In this document: positions 25,258-42,869 of the stretch, piece by piece | How the letters are laid out: each line of letters starts with the position of its first letter | Position numbering within the stretch: the first letter of the stretch is position 1 | NCBI GenBank assembly: GCA_012295275.1 | Contig: CM022672.1 | Span: 19,654,001-19,718,000, forward strand | Source of the DNA: Chrysomallon squamiferum | Taxonomy: Eukaryota > Animalia > Mollusca | Direction of reading: 5' to 3' | DNA: 64,000 nt | Position numbers and translations under genes: made by a program | Notes under the pieces: model-generated | Seen by the model: only the letters and a program-made list of their open reading frames with translations | Told to the model about the DNA's origin: nothing | Databases searched by the model: none

Positions 25258-25941
25258 AAAATTACAAAGTCGACATAAATAAAATAAAATTACGAAAGAA
25301 GAAAACAGATGGTTTCTCACCGTTAGAATTCATTTTTATATTTTAATCTCATTAGATCAGAGCTTCGGGTTTGCTAGTTGTTTTTCGTGATCTATCTCTC
25401 TATCTCTCTATCTATCAATCTATCTATCTATCTATCTAAATAAAAAAATTAAAAAATGCCTTTGTTTTTTCTGAAAAACGGTGTACTAGAGGCTCTGCAG
25501 AGGATTCTAAAAAAGGTATATAACTGTCTTTTCGCTCATGCCACGATTTTAGCTAAGTTACTTGTATAACGCTTAAACCTTACGGTAACCTTAACCTTAA
25601 AAAATCCTAAAGCTCAAGATGTCTTACGTTTTCATGAACAGTTGTTACTCATGGATCTTGCAACGCCGTTTTATCGTCTTCCCTCTGCCATTTCATTATC
25701 ATTCATATATATGCTATTAGTGCAGTAGAAATTAGCAGTAACATTTAAGAATCATTCTGTACCTACAGTTACAATTTACTGCAATGGTGAAAGATTGGTG
25801 CAGCCTGCAAATACTGAGAAAATTATGTATCTGTAGAATGTCTTGTATTTGTTTCTTGTGTCAGCCTTTATGCCAGTTATAAGAATTTGATATTCTTAGG
25901 AAAGATAATGGAATAAATAGGTTCTTCCTTATATGTGAGGA

Positions 25942-25944
<3 letters not shown>

Positions 25945-26030
<86 letters not shown>
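25945..26030. repeat. (CT)n microsatellite
   Basis: Direct reading. Confidence 0.95.
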
Positions 26031-26035
<5 letters not shown>

Positions 26036-26534
26036 GTCTTTCTCTGTCTGTTTGTCTTTCTGTGTTTCTGCAAAATGTCCTCGCTAGCGATAACAACAAA
26101 ATTCTGAGTATGAGAATTAAATATTGTATTTCAAAATTATCATATGTAATGTTTATTTTACGATTCGTGACATCGTTGTAATGACGTGTGATAGTAAAAC
26201 AAATATTTAGAAAACTGCTTAAAGAACATAACCGAAGTACTGGGCTAGGGCAGGCCGCTTTGATCGTTTTTGAAAGGAAATGTCAAGTTTTACAAGCAGA
26301 CTAAAAAATACCAAAACACTTTGCAACCCTCTTGGTCAATATATGTATGTATGTATGGATGGATGGTTGGATGAATGGATGGATGGATGGATGTATGGAT
26401 GTCTGTGAATGTGTGTGTAGTTATGTGAACAATACCGAACGAAACCAGAATTTATTATTATTATTATTATTAAAAGATAAAAGAGGAAAATATTTGGTAT
26501 TTATAATCTTCAAAGAAAACTGATTTAAAACAGA

Positions 26535-26574
<40 letters not shown>

Positions 26575-26742
26575 GAAATAGACGGGACATGGCTAGCCCG
26601 ATTTTTTAAGAGCAATGAATTAAATTAGAACATTATTTTAAAAACATTTTTGTTTTTTTACATTAATAATAATACAATATTATAAATCTGCGTGGGTGGG
26701 GAGGGGAAAGGAGAAAAAAGCAAAAAAAAAAAAAATAAATAA

Positions 26743-26781
<39 letters not shown>

Positions 26782-27782
26782 AAACACAGGAAAACAAATA
26801 CACAGTCTGAAGAAAATGTGAAATAAAAATATTTTATCACAGAAAAATAAAAAGGTTCCCTGTTTGAAAATACATTGTTACAACGTAACGTCAGAACTGT
26901 CACTTCCGCAATGTAACAACTGAAAGCAAGTATTTCAGTGATAATTAATATTGTAGCCCATTTTAGATACTTGATAGATTAATCACGTACAGAACATTTA
27001 CAAGTAACAGCTGCAAGTTATAGTTATACTTTGTAGTAAGGCTAATAAGCAGTGAAATTGAAATTAAAAAATATTCATTAAACGATTATTAATTCCGAAT
27101 TCTAATAATTGCTTGTACTGAACCGATTAAAATTAAAGAATAATTAATGTCAAATTAAAAAAAAAAAAAATATATAGCAGTTTCTGAATATGTCAGCTAT
27201 TTAAAATTTATGTATATATTTTCTTTCTTCATGTTAAAATTTCAGTAGATACCCAGTTGTTTTTCATCAGCAGTAAAATAATTTTTCCAACCGTAACTTG
27301 TGCAATTGTATTCATGTAGATAGATATATTAAATCAGCTTTTGTTAAAATATGAAAAGTATGGATCTTGAATTAAAAAAATAATAATAATTTAAAAAAAC
27401 CTTAAATAATAAAAAAAAGTAAAATATAAAAGAAATACACAAAGACAAAATTCGAAAAACAGTTTTATTTGAATTTCCTATTGTAGCAAGTCATTTCTTT
27501 GGTACATCTATTTAGTCGGTATTATAATGGTTTCGTCAAATGTCATTTGATTCATAAAACTGTTTTTGAGATATAACTAGATGATCCATGTTTGTTTTGA
27601 TAACAGTCAGAAGTCCAAGTGTTATTATTTTTTTATAAAAAAAAAAAAAAAAAAAAAAAATTCAACAATGAATTCAAAGAAAACACTCACATACACAAAA
27701 AAACAACAACAACGTTACAACAAATTCTATCTTAGTGATAAAAAAGGCGTATTCTCTTTATCCTTTCAGCACTTTTGCCTTT

Positions 27783-30699
<2,917 letters not shown>

Positions 30700-30823
30700 T
30701 ATGAAAAATAGTTTAGTAGTAGTAGTAGTAGATGTGAGTTAATACAAATTTGGAACTGTTCTGAGTCGTACAATGCAACTCGTTTTCAACTCAAATCTAA
30801 CGTTCAAATCGCGGTGAAATCTC

Positions 30824-30906
30824 TTATATACCAGCGTTCTTTTTTCCGATGACGTCATACCACGTGCCATTGATGTATTGGTAAACTTTTAAAAATGCGC
30901 GGGAAA
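30824..30906 (-). promoter_or_regulatory. Alpha-tubulin proximal promoter
   Basis: TATATAA (30830-30824), full CRE TGACGTCA (30850-30857), E-box CACGTG (30861-30866), CCAAT (30881-30877) and E2F-like TTTCCCGC (within 30897-30906), all within ~85 bp. Confidence 0.7.
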
Positions 30907-31031
30907 CTCTAGCTGAGTAGTAGACTCGGTTTCGTTTGTTTGCTTTCCAAGCAGATTTGAAATCATTGCGCAGCTGTACAGTGATAACATTGACCTATAT
31001 GAACATCCTTTTTTTCTCTCTCTCTCTCTCT

Positions 31032-31071
<40 letters not shown>

Positions 31072-31275
31072 AATACTTCATTTATTACATTTATTAAATC
31101 AAAATATTTATTCTGTCATCATTACGTTGTAAACAAATTAAAGAATTATATTCTTCGACCTACGAAAGATTGTTAAAAGAGTAAAAACACAGGAAAGAAA
31201 AATAAAAATGAAGGTAAAAGCTACTTTTAAAAAAAAAAAAAAGTTTTCCATCGTTAATGAATCTTTCAACTAAAA

Positions 31276-31306
<31 letters not shown>

Positions 31307-32370
31307 AAGTCACAAAAACCCCCACAAGAAATACAACAGAACAAACAACAAAAAACCAAAATAAAACAACAACAACAAACAACGAAAACATACGTAACTT
31401 CTTGTAACTGCTGTTGCATTTTTTTTTATTACAAATCACTCAAATTGAAACATGTCGTCGTGTGTATTGTTTTCCAAAAATAGGTTAAAGCATGTTTATA
31501 AATTTTAATATCCTCACGAAACATGTAATAAAATATTAGAGCTGAGCATCCTGTAATGACTGCAAAGAACAACATGTTGATTATTAATTTATGTTCTTGG
31601 ATGAATAAATGAATGCTTAACGAAACCCTAGCACTATAAATAGCTTGGCTATGAAAACGAGTTATCTAATTTTTAATAATAAAACTATAAAAATTTCAAA
31701 CGTTTATAAAACGTAGCCTGAAGAACTATGCAAAATATAAAAATAAAATATAAAATGTATTATAAAAGAATATTGTTGTTTTTTTGTTGTTTTTTTAAAA
31801 GAAGTTATTATAAAATTTGTACAAAAATATTTCCTTCCTTGTCTCGGCAGAAAATGTATATATATATATTTTTTTTTTATCCGAAAATACAGTTCGAGTT
31901 TAAAAAGACAGTTAATTACAGATAAATGAGTAATTACTAATTAGTTCTGTATTTATGAATGGTTTAGGATTAAAAATAGCAATAATTACTAATTATTACT
32001 ATTTTTTTTTTTTTAATAAAAAAAATCATTTACTAATAAATATTTATGTTGAAATTTACTGATAAATATTTTTTTTTATTTTTTATATATATATATATAT
32101 TAATAAATATTTGATTGGACGCAAACATGAATATTTATAATAATAATAATAATAATAATAATAATTTTATTTAGTTTTTAAAAAACAATAACAAATACAG
32201 TAAGCAAACAAACAGATAAATAAATAAATAAATAAATAAATGAATAAATAAATGATCAACAAATAAAGCCAAACGAGTTATGTCCCTTTGAAAATATTTT
32301 CTTTTGAAGAACTGACACGAGTAACATAACACGTATGTAGACTACGCATGTACATAATAATAATAAACAA

Positions 32371-32428
<58 letters not shown>

Positions 32429-32635
32429 GTGCTATAATTTTGTTTATCATTACTATAATTATATTTAGTATTATTATTCTGATTATAACAGTATTTATTA
32501 CTGTTGTTACTATTATTATTATTTCATTATTAATAATATTATTATTATATAATTATTATTATAATAATATTATTATTTTTGTTGTTATTATTATTATTCT
32601 GATTATTATAATATTTATTATTATTATTGTAGTCG

Positions 32636-32667
<32 letters not shown>

Positions 32668-32995
32668 TTTACTATGGACAGTTTGTGAAGTCAGTTACTA
32701 CATTCAGTTCAAGGTTGTACTAATTACAGGTTGGCGTTCGTCACAGATCGACAGCTTTCCAAATTACCTGCGGAGATTAGATAAGCATTATGCTAATGAC
32801 ACCTGCAGACATTCAGCGAAGCGAGGAGATATGATCAGAATAAAATTATATTTAAGCATAAAATTCAATCATTTCCTAGTAGGTTTATGCTTTTAGCCCA
32901 TTTCTAGATAAATTAAATATATTAAAATGTATTCTATTCAGTATGTTTTTTTTTTTTTTTTTATATTATTTTTCATTTAATTTATGATAATGTAT

Positions 32996-32997
<2 letters not shown>

Positions 32998-33058
<61 letters not shown>
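32998..33058. repeat. (CA)n microsatellite
   Basis: Direct reading. Confidence 0.95.
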
Positions 33059-33059
<1 letters not shown>

Positions 33060-34954
33060 CACTCACAAACACGTTCATAGATACAAATATTTATATTTGT
33101 TTGTATGTTTCCTCGCTTTCGTCAGTTTCTTATATTCTTAATTTCAAGTTTAACGTTACTATTTATCTGAAAGATTTAAAAAAAAAAATTAAATTTTTAT
33201 CGATTGATCTCAAAGACAGTATAGATTTAAGTGGGTACGAAGACATAAGTCTTCTTACGTACCCTGAATCACTGAACATATTAGTAAATAAATATGCAGA
33301 GAGACTTAGGATAAAATAGATCTCTATGTATTTCAGTTTACTTGTTCTGACATGTGATACAGTTATATCTTGCTACACAAGTGAACTGGTTTTTAGGGAC
33401 GTAATCAACATAAAACTGTCGTAGAGGAGACAATTGTGAATCGTTATGTGAATTAAACATGATATGAGACATTGTATCTAAACAAGGGTAGGTGTAACAA
33501 TGTATTATAAGGCACACATACGTATAATGATATCCATAATTGTCATTAGGTATGCATGTATGAACGTATGTATGTGTACATGCAATTATGTATGTATGTA
33601 TTTATGTATGTGGGTGTATATATGTATGCATATATATGAATTTATGTGAATATGCGTGCATATATTTGATTCTTACAATATAATTTCTGTTTTAAATAAG
33701 TAAAAGGTCTTCAAGCCTGAAAATAATACGAAAGCACTGTCTTAATTATAATGTGACATTTAAAAAACATCAAGTAATTAATTAAAACGTACTTATTTAT
33801 ATCTCTCTCTCTGTCTCTCATACACACGCATCTACTTTTTCCACACATACGTGTATATCGTCACGTACAGTAAAGCTGTATTCAATTTCGCGCACTGCTT
33901 GTTTTATCTTATTATTAAACACATTATCAGTGGCTGTGTTCATAACACCTTGAACATCCTGACAAGGCGCTCTTATATTATTTTTGTTAAATATATATAT
34001 ACATTCCACGCGTGTGTTTGTGTGTGTGTCTGTGTGTGTGTGTGTGTCTGTGCGAGAAACAGATGTATATATATATATATATATATGTATGTGAGAGAAA
34101 TATTAATATTCTAATTAAATTTTTTTTTTCTTCATACATGTAAAACATCACGTACTGCAATATTTCTTTTTCAAATGCGTCGTTTTAAGATTTTTCGGTC
34201 GTTCGTTTATCTTCTCGGCGATCAGCAGTGTTGAGAAATGGCGCACGTGGCCAAGTCACTTTCCCCACTCTGGCGGTATCACTTTAAACCCATTTAGTTT
34301 TGTATCGGTAACCACGGAAAGTAGCTTTGTTGCAAACGCCATTTAGTCAGATCGCTTGACAATGGCCGCCACAATAGCAATCAACATTCTGTGATGGTAT
34401 CATCGGTAGGTGGCGCTGTGCCTCAGGACGATCCTGCGATGCGACCATCAGAGGTCAGTGGGGCGTGACAACAAAAATGACACCTGTTCTGATATCAGTG
34501 AGAGCGGGGGACAAAAAAAAAAAAAAAAAAAAAAAAATAAAAGATGAAACGCGCTGGCTAAGTGTAAGATGGCATGGAAATGTTATGACGTATTCTACCT
34601 TGGAATCAGAACAAATGTTCGATTTTTTCCAGTTGCACGCTTTGAGATTTTCCCCATTCCAACCGCTGTTCTGATTCTGATTAAATGTAGCCCTAGAAAC
34701 AGCGATTACACGTTTTCCATCTCGTCGTCATAATATTTATACAGTGAACTCCTGTGACTTGTATGGCCTGTTTCTGGAACTACATATACTTTTTTTTTTT
34801 TTTTTTTAGTCCAGCTTCAAAGAATATAATGACAGGAACCATTAACATAAACGTATTAACACAATTCATAGTGTCGTCGTACACAAGCATGCGCCTGCAT
34901 TTTCATTCGCGCAAACAGGTTACACAAATTCACGTTTTGTTAGGCTTCCTTGGG

Positions 34955-34992
<38 letters not shown>

Positions 34993-36855
34993 AAACTAAA
35001 TAAACGAAAAGACCAGAAAAAACCCACCAAACAACTAAAAAAAGCAACAATATGAAGAAAAAACGATCACACATACAAACCCCAACAAGCAACAACCCAG
35101 ACCCACACTCAAATAAATAAATGTAGATACAATAAATATGAAAAAAAAAAAAAAAAAGGAAATGTTTTTTTTTTTCTTTTTTTTTTCATACATCTGGGTT
35201 TTTTTTTTTTCCTTCTTCTTTTTCAATCCATCTCTTTCAGCGAAGTAAACTAGTATGACTCGTTCTTCTCTGTATTTATTACCATACGCTGTAAAAGAAA
35301 GTCGTCGTCGTTTATTATTATTATTATTATTCGTTACGACAACAGAGACTTTGAAAAGTTACACTTTACTGCTTTGTATCGCGGGTCAGATTTAACAACC
35401 AGTCTGCCTGCTGTGTGGGACCACCTTAAATTCCGTGCAAATACACAACGAAAACGGCCACAGCGTCTCCATGCTGCGACCTGCAACATTAAACCTCGTT
35501 TCTTGAATAAGGTGTCCTATTAACTGACAGAAATCTGAATCCATAAATATTTTAATTTATTTAGCAATTTCGGTCTGTTACGTGGACAGCGTTTAAAAGT
35601 CGACGGTGTCGTCGAGTTTGGATTATCGTTCTTACGTGATTTAAGATGTCGTCGATGATGACGTAACACGTTTTAAGCGACACTGCGGAAGTGAAATGAA
35701 AAAAAATGAGAAAGTAACCCAGACGCAGTCACGCACGTACACACACACACTCACAAACACCCACACGCATCACAAACACACACATACCAGAAGAAACATA
35801 ACTGTATTTAATTTCGCCTTCTTTCTCCTATATATTTATTCATACACTCACAAACACACACACACACACAGATACAACTCACACGGTCGTACACATACAC
35901 ACGTAAACATTATCAACATACGTGCATGTATTCATATACATTCATTCATACGTTCACAAACATCAATACATCTACCAAAAATAAAATATATATTATAAAG
36001 ACTTGACCTACATTTGACTGTTCGCGTTAAATGAGATAAAAAAAACTTAATCAATAAAATCTGGACTACATATTAAATAGATTCATAATATTTTTACGAG
36101 ATTCTCTTGCTGTTTTTATTTTCTTATATGAGACATAGCTGAATATTTTAACCAAATAAATAAGTAAATATTCGAACGACTGTTTGGTTTGTTGATGCCA
36201 CGTTTTAAGCAAAACAGCGTAGAAAGAAGAAGAAGAAGAAGAAGAAAAAATAGGTCATTCACGAAAATTTTGTACATTTTCTAATCAAGTAAATAAAATA
36301 TTGATGGAGTATATTATTTAGATACATATGTACATGAATAAAAATGACATATACTCATGTAGGCGCATGTCCAGCATGTACTACTTATTTATTCACACAT
36401 ACAGGTCACATACTTCCGCAAACAAATCCTATATGCAGTTACACCTACTCTGACGCATACACATTTATAACATGTACATTCACGTACAGACACACACACA
36501 CACACATACACACAGACACACACACACATATATACACACATATATACCCCCAACGTACATACAAGGAGACATGAACATATAAGATTCAAAATGTTTACAG
36601 ACAAGAAATATTATTTTGATTCAAAGCATTCTAGTCAGCAGTGTATAAGAAAGAATTAGACAACTGATGCTCAACGTATTACAAAAAAAAAAAAAAAAAG
36701 AAAGTAGCACAGGATTTTTAAATATATTTCCTTTCACGACTAGCTGTAGAATACATTTTTCAAATCGAGGATCTACTGGACGATCTTTGCATTCTGGTTT
36801 TTAAACTATAGAAATAATTAAACATTCATTTTTGAAAGAAAAGATAAAAGGGATA

Positions 36856-36856
<1 letters not shown>

Positions 36857-36946
<90 letters not shown>
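36857..36946. repeat. (GA)n microsatellite
   Basis: Direct reading. Similar tracts occur at 41012-41094, 42791-42867 (CT), 44120-44189 and 44797-44852. Confidence 0.95.
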
Positions 36947-36948
<2 letters not shown>

Positions 36949-37319
36949 GTTTCTATTCAGACATTAAATCCACAACACAAAAACCAGTCCAAAAAAAAAA
37001 AAGAAGAAATGCATGAATTGAATGAATGAACATTCACGCCCGATTAATTTTACAACGAAAGTTTCAATTATAATTACGCCTAGGTACAACCCATTAATGA
37101 ATTTTTTTTTTTTTCGTCACGGCCTTAATTCATTTCACATCCAAAATGACAACAGGATACAACTCGTGGAAAAAAATATTACCGGTTTTTGCACTGAAAC
37201 GTTCGTTTCAAGTTAAAAGAACAAAGAAGAGATTATTTATGTAATTTCATTTTGATTTTTTTGTATTTGAATTGTTACTGAATTAGGGGGATATCTTATC
37301 CAGATTTCATGTTTGTATA

Positions 37320-38360
37320 CTGATATGTTAAAACTATCTATATTCAAACTTTTTCTTATGTTAATATATTAATCAACATTCAAACCCTTCTTATGTTAAT
37401 ATTTTAAAAGCTTGTTGAAAATATCTTTTCTTTAACTTATCTAAAGGTCTATATTTAAACTTCTTTTATGTTTAATACATTAAAAATAACTGTTTTCAAA
37501 TTCTTCTTTTGTTAATGTATTAAAACTTTGTATATTCAAACTTTTCTTGTTAATATATTAAAAATATCTGTATTAAAACTCCTCTTTAGTTAATATATTA
37601 AAACTGTTTGTATTCAAAATCTTCTTATGTTAATATATTAAAACTATATCTATTCAAACCTTCTTTATTTAATATATTAAAACAGTTTACATTCAAATTC
37701 CTCTTAGTTAATATATAAAAAACGATCTATATTCAAACCCTTCTTTAGTTAATCTATAAAAACAGCCTATATTCAGGATCCTCTTTAGTTAATATATAAA
37801 AACAGTTTATATTCAAACTCCTTTTACGTTATATTAAAACTATAAATATTCAAAATCTTCTTATTTTAATATATTAAAACTGTCTATATTCAGTCTTCTT
37901 ATGTTAAAACTATCAGTTAATATATTAAAACTTTATTCAAAACACTCTTACATTAATATATTACAGTCTCTTTTCAAACTTCCTTTATGTTAATATATTA
38001 AAGTTGTGTATTTTCAGATATTTCATGCGTTAGTATATTAAAATTCTCCAGACTCCTGTTTCTTTAATATATTAAAATTCTCCAGACTCCTGTTTCATTA
38101 ACATATTAAAACAATCCAGTTTTATGTTTCATTAATATATTAAAACTGTCAAGTCTTATGTTTCATTAATATATTAAAACTATCCACACTCCTGTTTCAT
38201 TAATATATTAAAACTGTCCAGACTCTTGTTTCATTAATATATTAAAACAATCAAGTCTTATGTTTCATTAATATATTAAAACTATCCAGACTCCTGTTTC
38301 ATTAACATATTAAAACTATCCAGACTGCTATAGCATTAATATATTAAAACTATCCATAAA
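37320..38360. repeat. Degenerate two-part minisatellite (~39-40-bp units, then 34-bp units) with a TTAATATATTAA core
   Basis: Recurrent gttaatatattaaaactrtytatattcaaa..ttctt up to ~38030, then attaatatattaaaactatccagactcctgtttc (period 34, e.g. 38044 and 38078). Confidence 0.85.
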
Positions 38361-38648
38361 CAAACTTCCCTTACATTAATAAATTAATAAAATAAAACTA
38401 TGTATACAAAAAAAAAAAACTACTTCATACTTTAATACATTAATACAACCCGTATTAAAAAAAAACTCCTGATACAAATATGTTAAAACTATCTACGTTC
38501 AAACTTGGCGGGTTAACTCTTTCATACTGTAATTCCCAACAGAAGGCTCATAATTAGAATATTTAATGTGTGCTAAAATTTACATTTATATTCGATACCG
38601 CCACGCTGTTACGATTCGAAAAATCAAAAAACACAGTTATCAAGAAAG

Positions 38649-38683
<35 letters not shown>

Positions 38684-39166
38684 GGAGTTTTCGTAGGTGT
38701 GTGTGAAAACAATTGTCTGTTAGCGTTTTATTCAGTTCGGCTGACTGAAAATTTTAATAGTTTTATAATTAGAAAGTCGCTGAAAAAATGTATGCATGTT
38801 TAAACACCTCTGTATGTTTTAATAGGTTTTATAGAATTGAATAACTGACAGTAGTAACACATACACAGACAAAAAGAAGAAAAAAGTTAAAAAAAAAAAA
38901 ATAAATATATATATAAATAAATAAACTAAAAATATAAAATATAAACAAATATGATAATAAAAAATGAATATAAATAATTAAGAAACACATAATTAAATAC
39001 TCGCAAAAGGAAGTATAATGATAAAAAAGTGAAAATAAATAAAAAAATAAATAAATAAAGAACGAAAGAAAAACAATTTTAACAAATCATAAAAATAACT
39101 AATAATAATAATTAAAAAATATAAATGTAATTACATAACTAGCTAAAAAAACAAATAAAAATGAGT

Positions 39167-39280
39167 ATTCATACTATTCAGTGCAATTCACTTTCTTTCG
39201 ACACAGTTATGTCAAATAATGAATAATAAAAATTGAATAAATAATATAATATAATATAATATAATATAATATAATATAAT
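39167..39280 (+). repeat. Dispersed ~90-bp repeat with (AATAT)n tail, copy 2
   Basis: attcatactattcagtgcaattcactttc...gacacagttatgtcaaataatgaataataaaaattgaataa matches 25156-25257. Confidence 0.65.
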
Positions 39281-40176
39281 TTAATAATATGTTATATAAA
39301 GGTCAGAAAGCCCACTTAAGTAAATAATCAAACTTAATAGCTATCTCTAGATATAAATATAAAATATGGAAGTTGCAAAAATCTAATTCGTGAATAATGA
39401 TGGTGATTTGTGCAAAATTAAAACTAACAGGTGGGCTTATTTTTTTTTTTTAAATTTTAAATTGCAAAACGAACAAATAAATAAATAAATAAATAGAATA
39501 TCAATAAATAAATAAATCTTAGTAATAATAAAAATGAACACGTAAATAAAAAAAAAAAAAAAAAAAAAAAATAATAATAATAATACAAAAATATTGGAGA
39601 TTATTGCAAAAGATGAATTCATCAAATTGACTTATTTTTTTGCACTATAACAAAATAAATAAATAAATAATGAATGAATGAATAAATGAATAAATAAATA
39701 AATAAATAAATAAATATATAATAAAATTATCTGTGAATAATAACCTTTTTGCAAAAGGCAAAAAAAAAAAAAAAAAAAAAAAAAATAATAATAAAAAAAA
39801 ATAAATATATACATATATATAAAATAAGAACGGAAGAAAATAAAAGAAAAAGAAAAAAGAATAGAAAAGAAATAAAGAGAAATTTTAATGGAAAACATGC
39901 TGCTGTTTTTATTATATTCTGTTTGTAGTTTCCATTACTTTACAAACTGGTTTTAGAAGATATTTTGTTTAATACTGAAATAAAAAAAAAATAAATAAAT
40001 AAATAAATAAATAAAAAAATAAAATAAACAATTAACCAATGAACAAATAAATAATAAAACTAAATAAAAATATAAATATAAATAAGTACGAAAATAAGTA
40101 AAATAAATAAATAAACTAGTAATTTGTTTATATATGTTTATAAAAAAAAAAAAAAAAAAAAGAAATATGAAAGGAA

Positions 40177-40227
<51 letters not shown>

Positions 40228-41009
40228 AATAATATAACAACTTCAACAATATTATAAACAAAACAATTATAAAAGATTATCTGAAAATGCAATTTTTCTA
40301 AGTTTATTACAATATATAAGTTTTTCTCAAATTGTTGGTGTCGCTTTATCTTACCTGCAGTATATAGAACATATTTAACCGTTCTACTGATATATTTTTT
40401 TTTAACTAGGAACATCATACTATCTTAACTATATATAACCAAAACAAATTACAGCAGTTTCCATCATTACAGTTACTTGGACAAATTCGTGTTTTGAATG
40501 TTGAAAGAAAATATAACAACAGAAAATGAGTAGTAATAGATCATTGCTTATTATATTAAAAATATTAACATAACAAGAAGGAGGTATTTCTGATTGTAAG
40601 TAAATATTTAAATTGTGCATAATATTTAAATAACAAATATTCTCAAACTAAATGTTTTATATATATATATATTTTTTTTTTAAATTTTTTTTTTTTGCGG
40701 TAATGAACATTAATGGCTTCAGTAATAATAACTATCACCATCATCATCATCATCTTCATCCTTATTGTTATTCTTATTATTGGAGCCATTAATGTGATGA
40801 TGATAATGAAGATGATATATATATATATATATATATGACACATTATACCTGGTTATATAAATGCAGTCAGTCTGATTAACGAGGTGACGTCATTTCCTTC
40901 AGGAGCATTAAAATTACGCAATAATCGATCACTTTTGAGATTTGCTGTAGCTCTGGTGCCTGATGGAAAGATTAAATAATTATATTATTTTGTGACTAAA
41001 ATGCATTTT

Positions 41010-41097
<88 letters not shown>

Positions 41098-42289
41098 TCA
41101 ATAATCTATTTTCTATTATAATTTAAAATCAGCAAAACTTGAACTATATTTTGGAATATAATTACAGAATGCAACCCATAGCCTCATTTCATAAACTTAT
41201 TTTAATAAAATCACACATGTACGTACATTCATTTCCCACAAAAACCTTTTCTAAAACTGCCTGTGCAGTCAGTCACACGTGCACACACATGCCCGAATAA
41301 ATAACGAATTATCAAGAGACTAGTTTCAGTAGATCCAGTAATTATAGTTTTCATAATGCTTCCCTTGTTAAATGTTCTTATAAATATTTTACAAGCAAAA
41401 CGATGTTTTGCATGTTGCGACAAGATATGGAAACTAAACGTGGGCTGCATGTGATTCCCTGCCGTAAAAGGGTTAACGTCCTCCGCTGTGTGTCTGTGTG
41501 TGAATGTGTAGCTGGCTAGGACTAAAGATTAAAGTAGAAAGGAATATCAAATGAAAGAAACCCAATTATTTTTTTAACGTCGATAGTTACAAAAGAACTG
41601 AATAGCTATAGCAATATAAATTTTTAAAAAATACCTTTAAATAAATAAATACTAAGTTTACAGAAATTAAATTTATAAAAAAAGGCGAAACTTTGAGATT
41701 CTGATTTAAAAAAAAAAAAATTTAAACAGCCAAAATATGTCATTTATTTATTTATTTATTTATTTTTAAATATACAGTTCGCGGCGAAAATTTTAAAATT
41801 GTTATCGAATACATCGCCGCGGGTTGAAGCTATTGGTTCACATGTGTAAAAGAAATTAAAAAATCGTCTTGCATGTACCGAAAATGAAAAATTTCAGCTT
41901 CAATTCATTCTGTACACGTCTGTTTTAAAATTAATTAACAATTCACGCTGGCGAAATGACTAACATGTGACATATGCTTGTATAAAGTATAATTTAAAAA
42001 GAAAAAAAAAAAAAAAAAAAAAGCCCCAACAGATATCACATCAAATAAAAACCAGTTTAGCAGACATGTCATGCTTGATGGAACACAAAACGCCAATTGA
42101 CAACGTGAGAGACCTGACACACATTGAAAATAAACGACTACAGCGTAACCGTACAACAAACACTTTCAGACCATCCGTCCCAAACCGGACCCAGAACGGG
42201 TCGTTACGAGAGTCATAAAAATTCTACCACGTTGTGCTTTCCAATGCGAAACCAGCGGGAAGAAACGGCTCTGGCTCTGTCCTTTTGGC

Positions 42290-42691
42290 TGCTTGCATTG
42301 CCCAAGTCCGATTGGTTTATTCTCCGGGAAAAAAAAAACAAGAAAAAAAAGAAAGATTTACGACGGATTTATGACACCGGCTATGAATTGTTGCTAGGTG
42401 ACTTTTGCCTGCGTGCACAAGAATGCATGTGCACAGGCTCAAATAAAAAGGAGACACGTCCACATTGGAAGCTGATGAAAAGGAAACGCTGGCACATTTC
42501 GAGCACCAATCCGAAATAACCGTCGCGATCATTGTCCCGGGCCCGCGTTCGGTGTAGAGAAACAGGTGAATTGCTAACCGGACACATGGATTAGAACTGC
42601 CCGAAGAGACGCATCTCGGATCTCGGATCTCGGAACCCAAAGTAACAAAGTTTTTTAATTCGGAATATGTGAATCTGATTATAATGATATA
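42290..42691 (+). promoter_or_regulatory. GC/CpG-enriched putative promoter and 5' UTR
   Basis: Three CCAAT/ATTGG boxes (~42311, ~42464, ~42506), a CpG-rich stretch (gtcccgggcccgcgttcgg) and (TCTCGGA)3, directly before an ATG-to-donor mini-exon. Confidence 0.5.
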
Positions 42692-42733
42692 ATGGATGAT
42701 GACGATGATGGTGTAGACTTTAAACAGAGAGAC
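42692..42733 (+). CDS. Candidate first coding exon of an unidentified gene (MDDDDDGVDFKQRD)
   Basis: ATG in good context (ataATGG), 14 codons, then a strong phase-0 donor GTGAGTAC, downstream of a promoter-like island. No downstream exon was identified in the window. Confidence 0.4.
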
Positions 42734-42782
42734 GTGAGTACTTGATTTTTTAAATATAAATTACCTTTTATGTTTCTTTTTC

Positions 42783-42869
<87 letters not shown>

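Noticed and set aside
37320-38360. Repeat-spacer appearance suggestive of a CRISPR array
   Set aside because: The spacers are homologous to each other, the context is eukaryotic and there are no cas genes; it is a minisatellite. The same applies to the 68-bp and 97-bp arrays.
41460-41480. AAGGGTTAA (also ~51851-51860) resembling a piggyBac right end
   Set aside because: No matching TTAACCC left end or TIR partner was found nearby.
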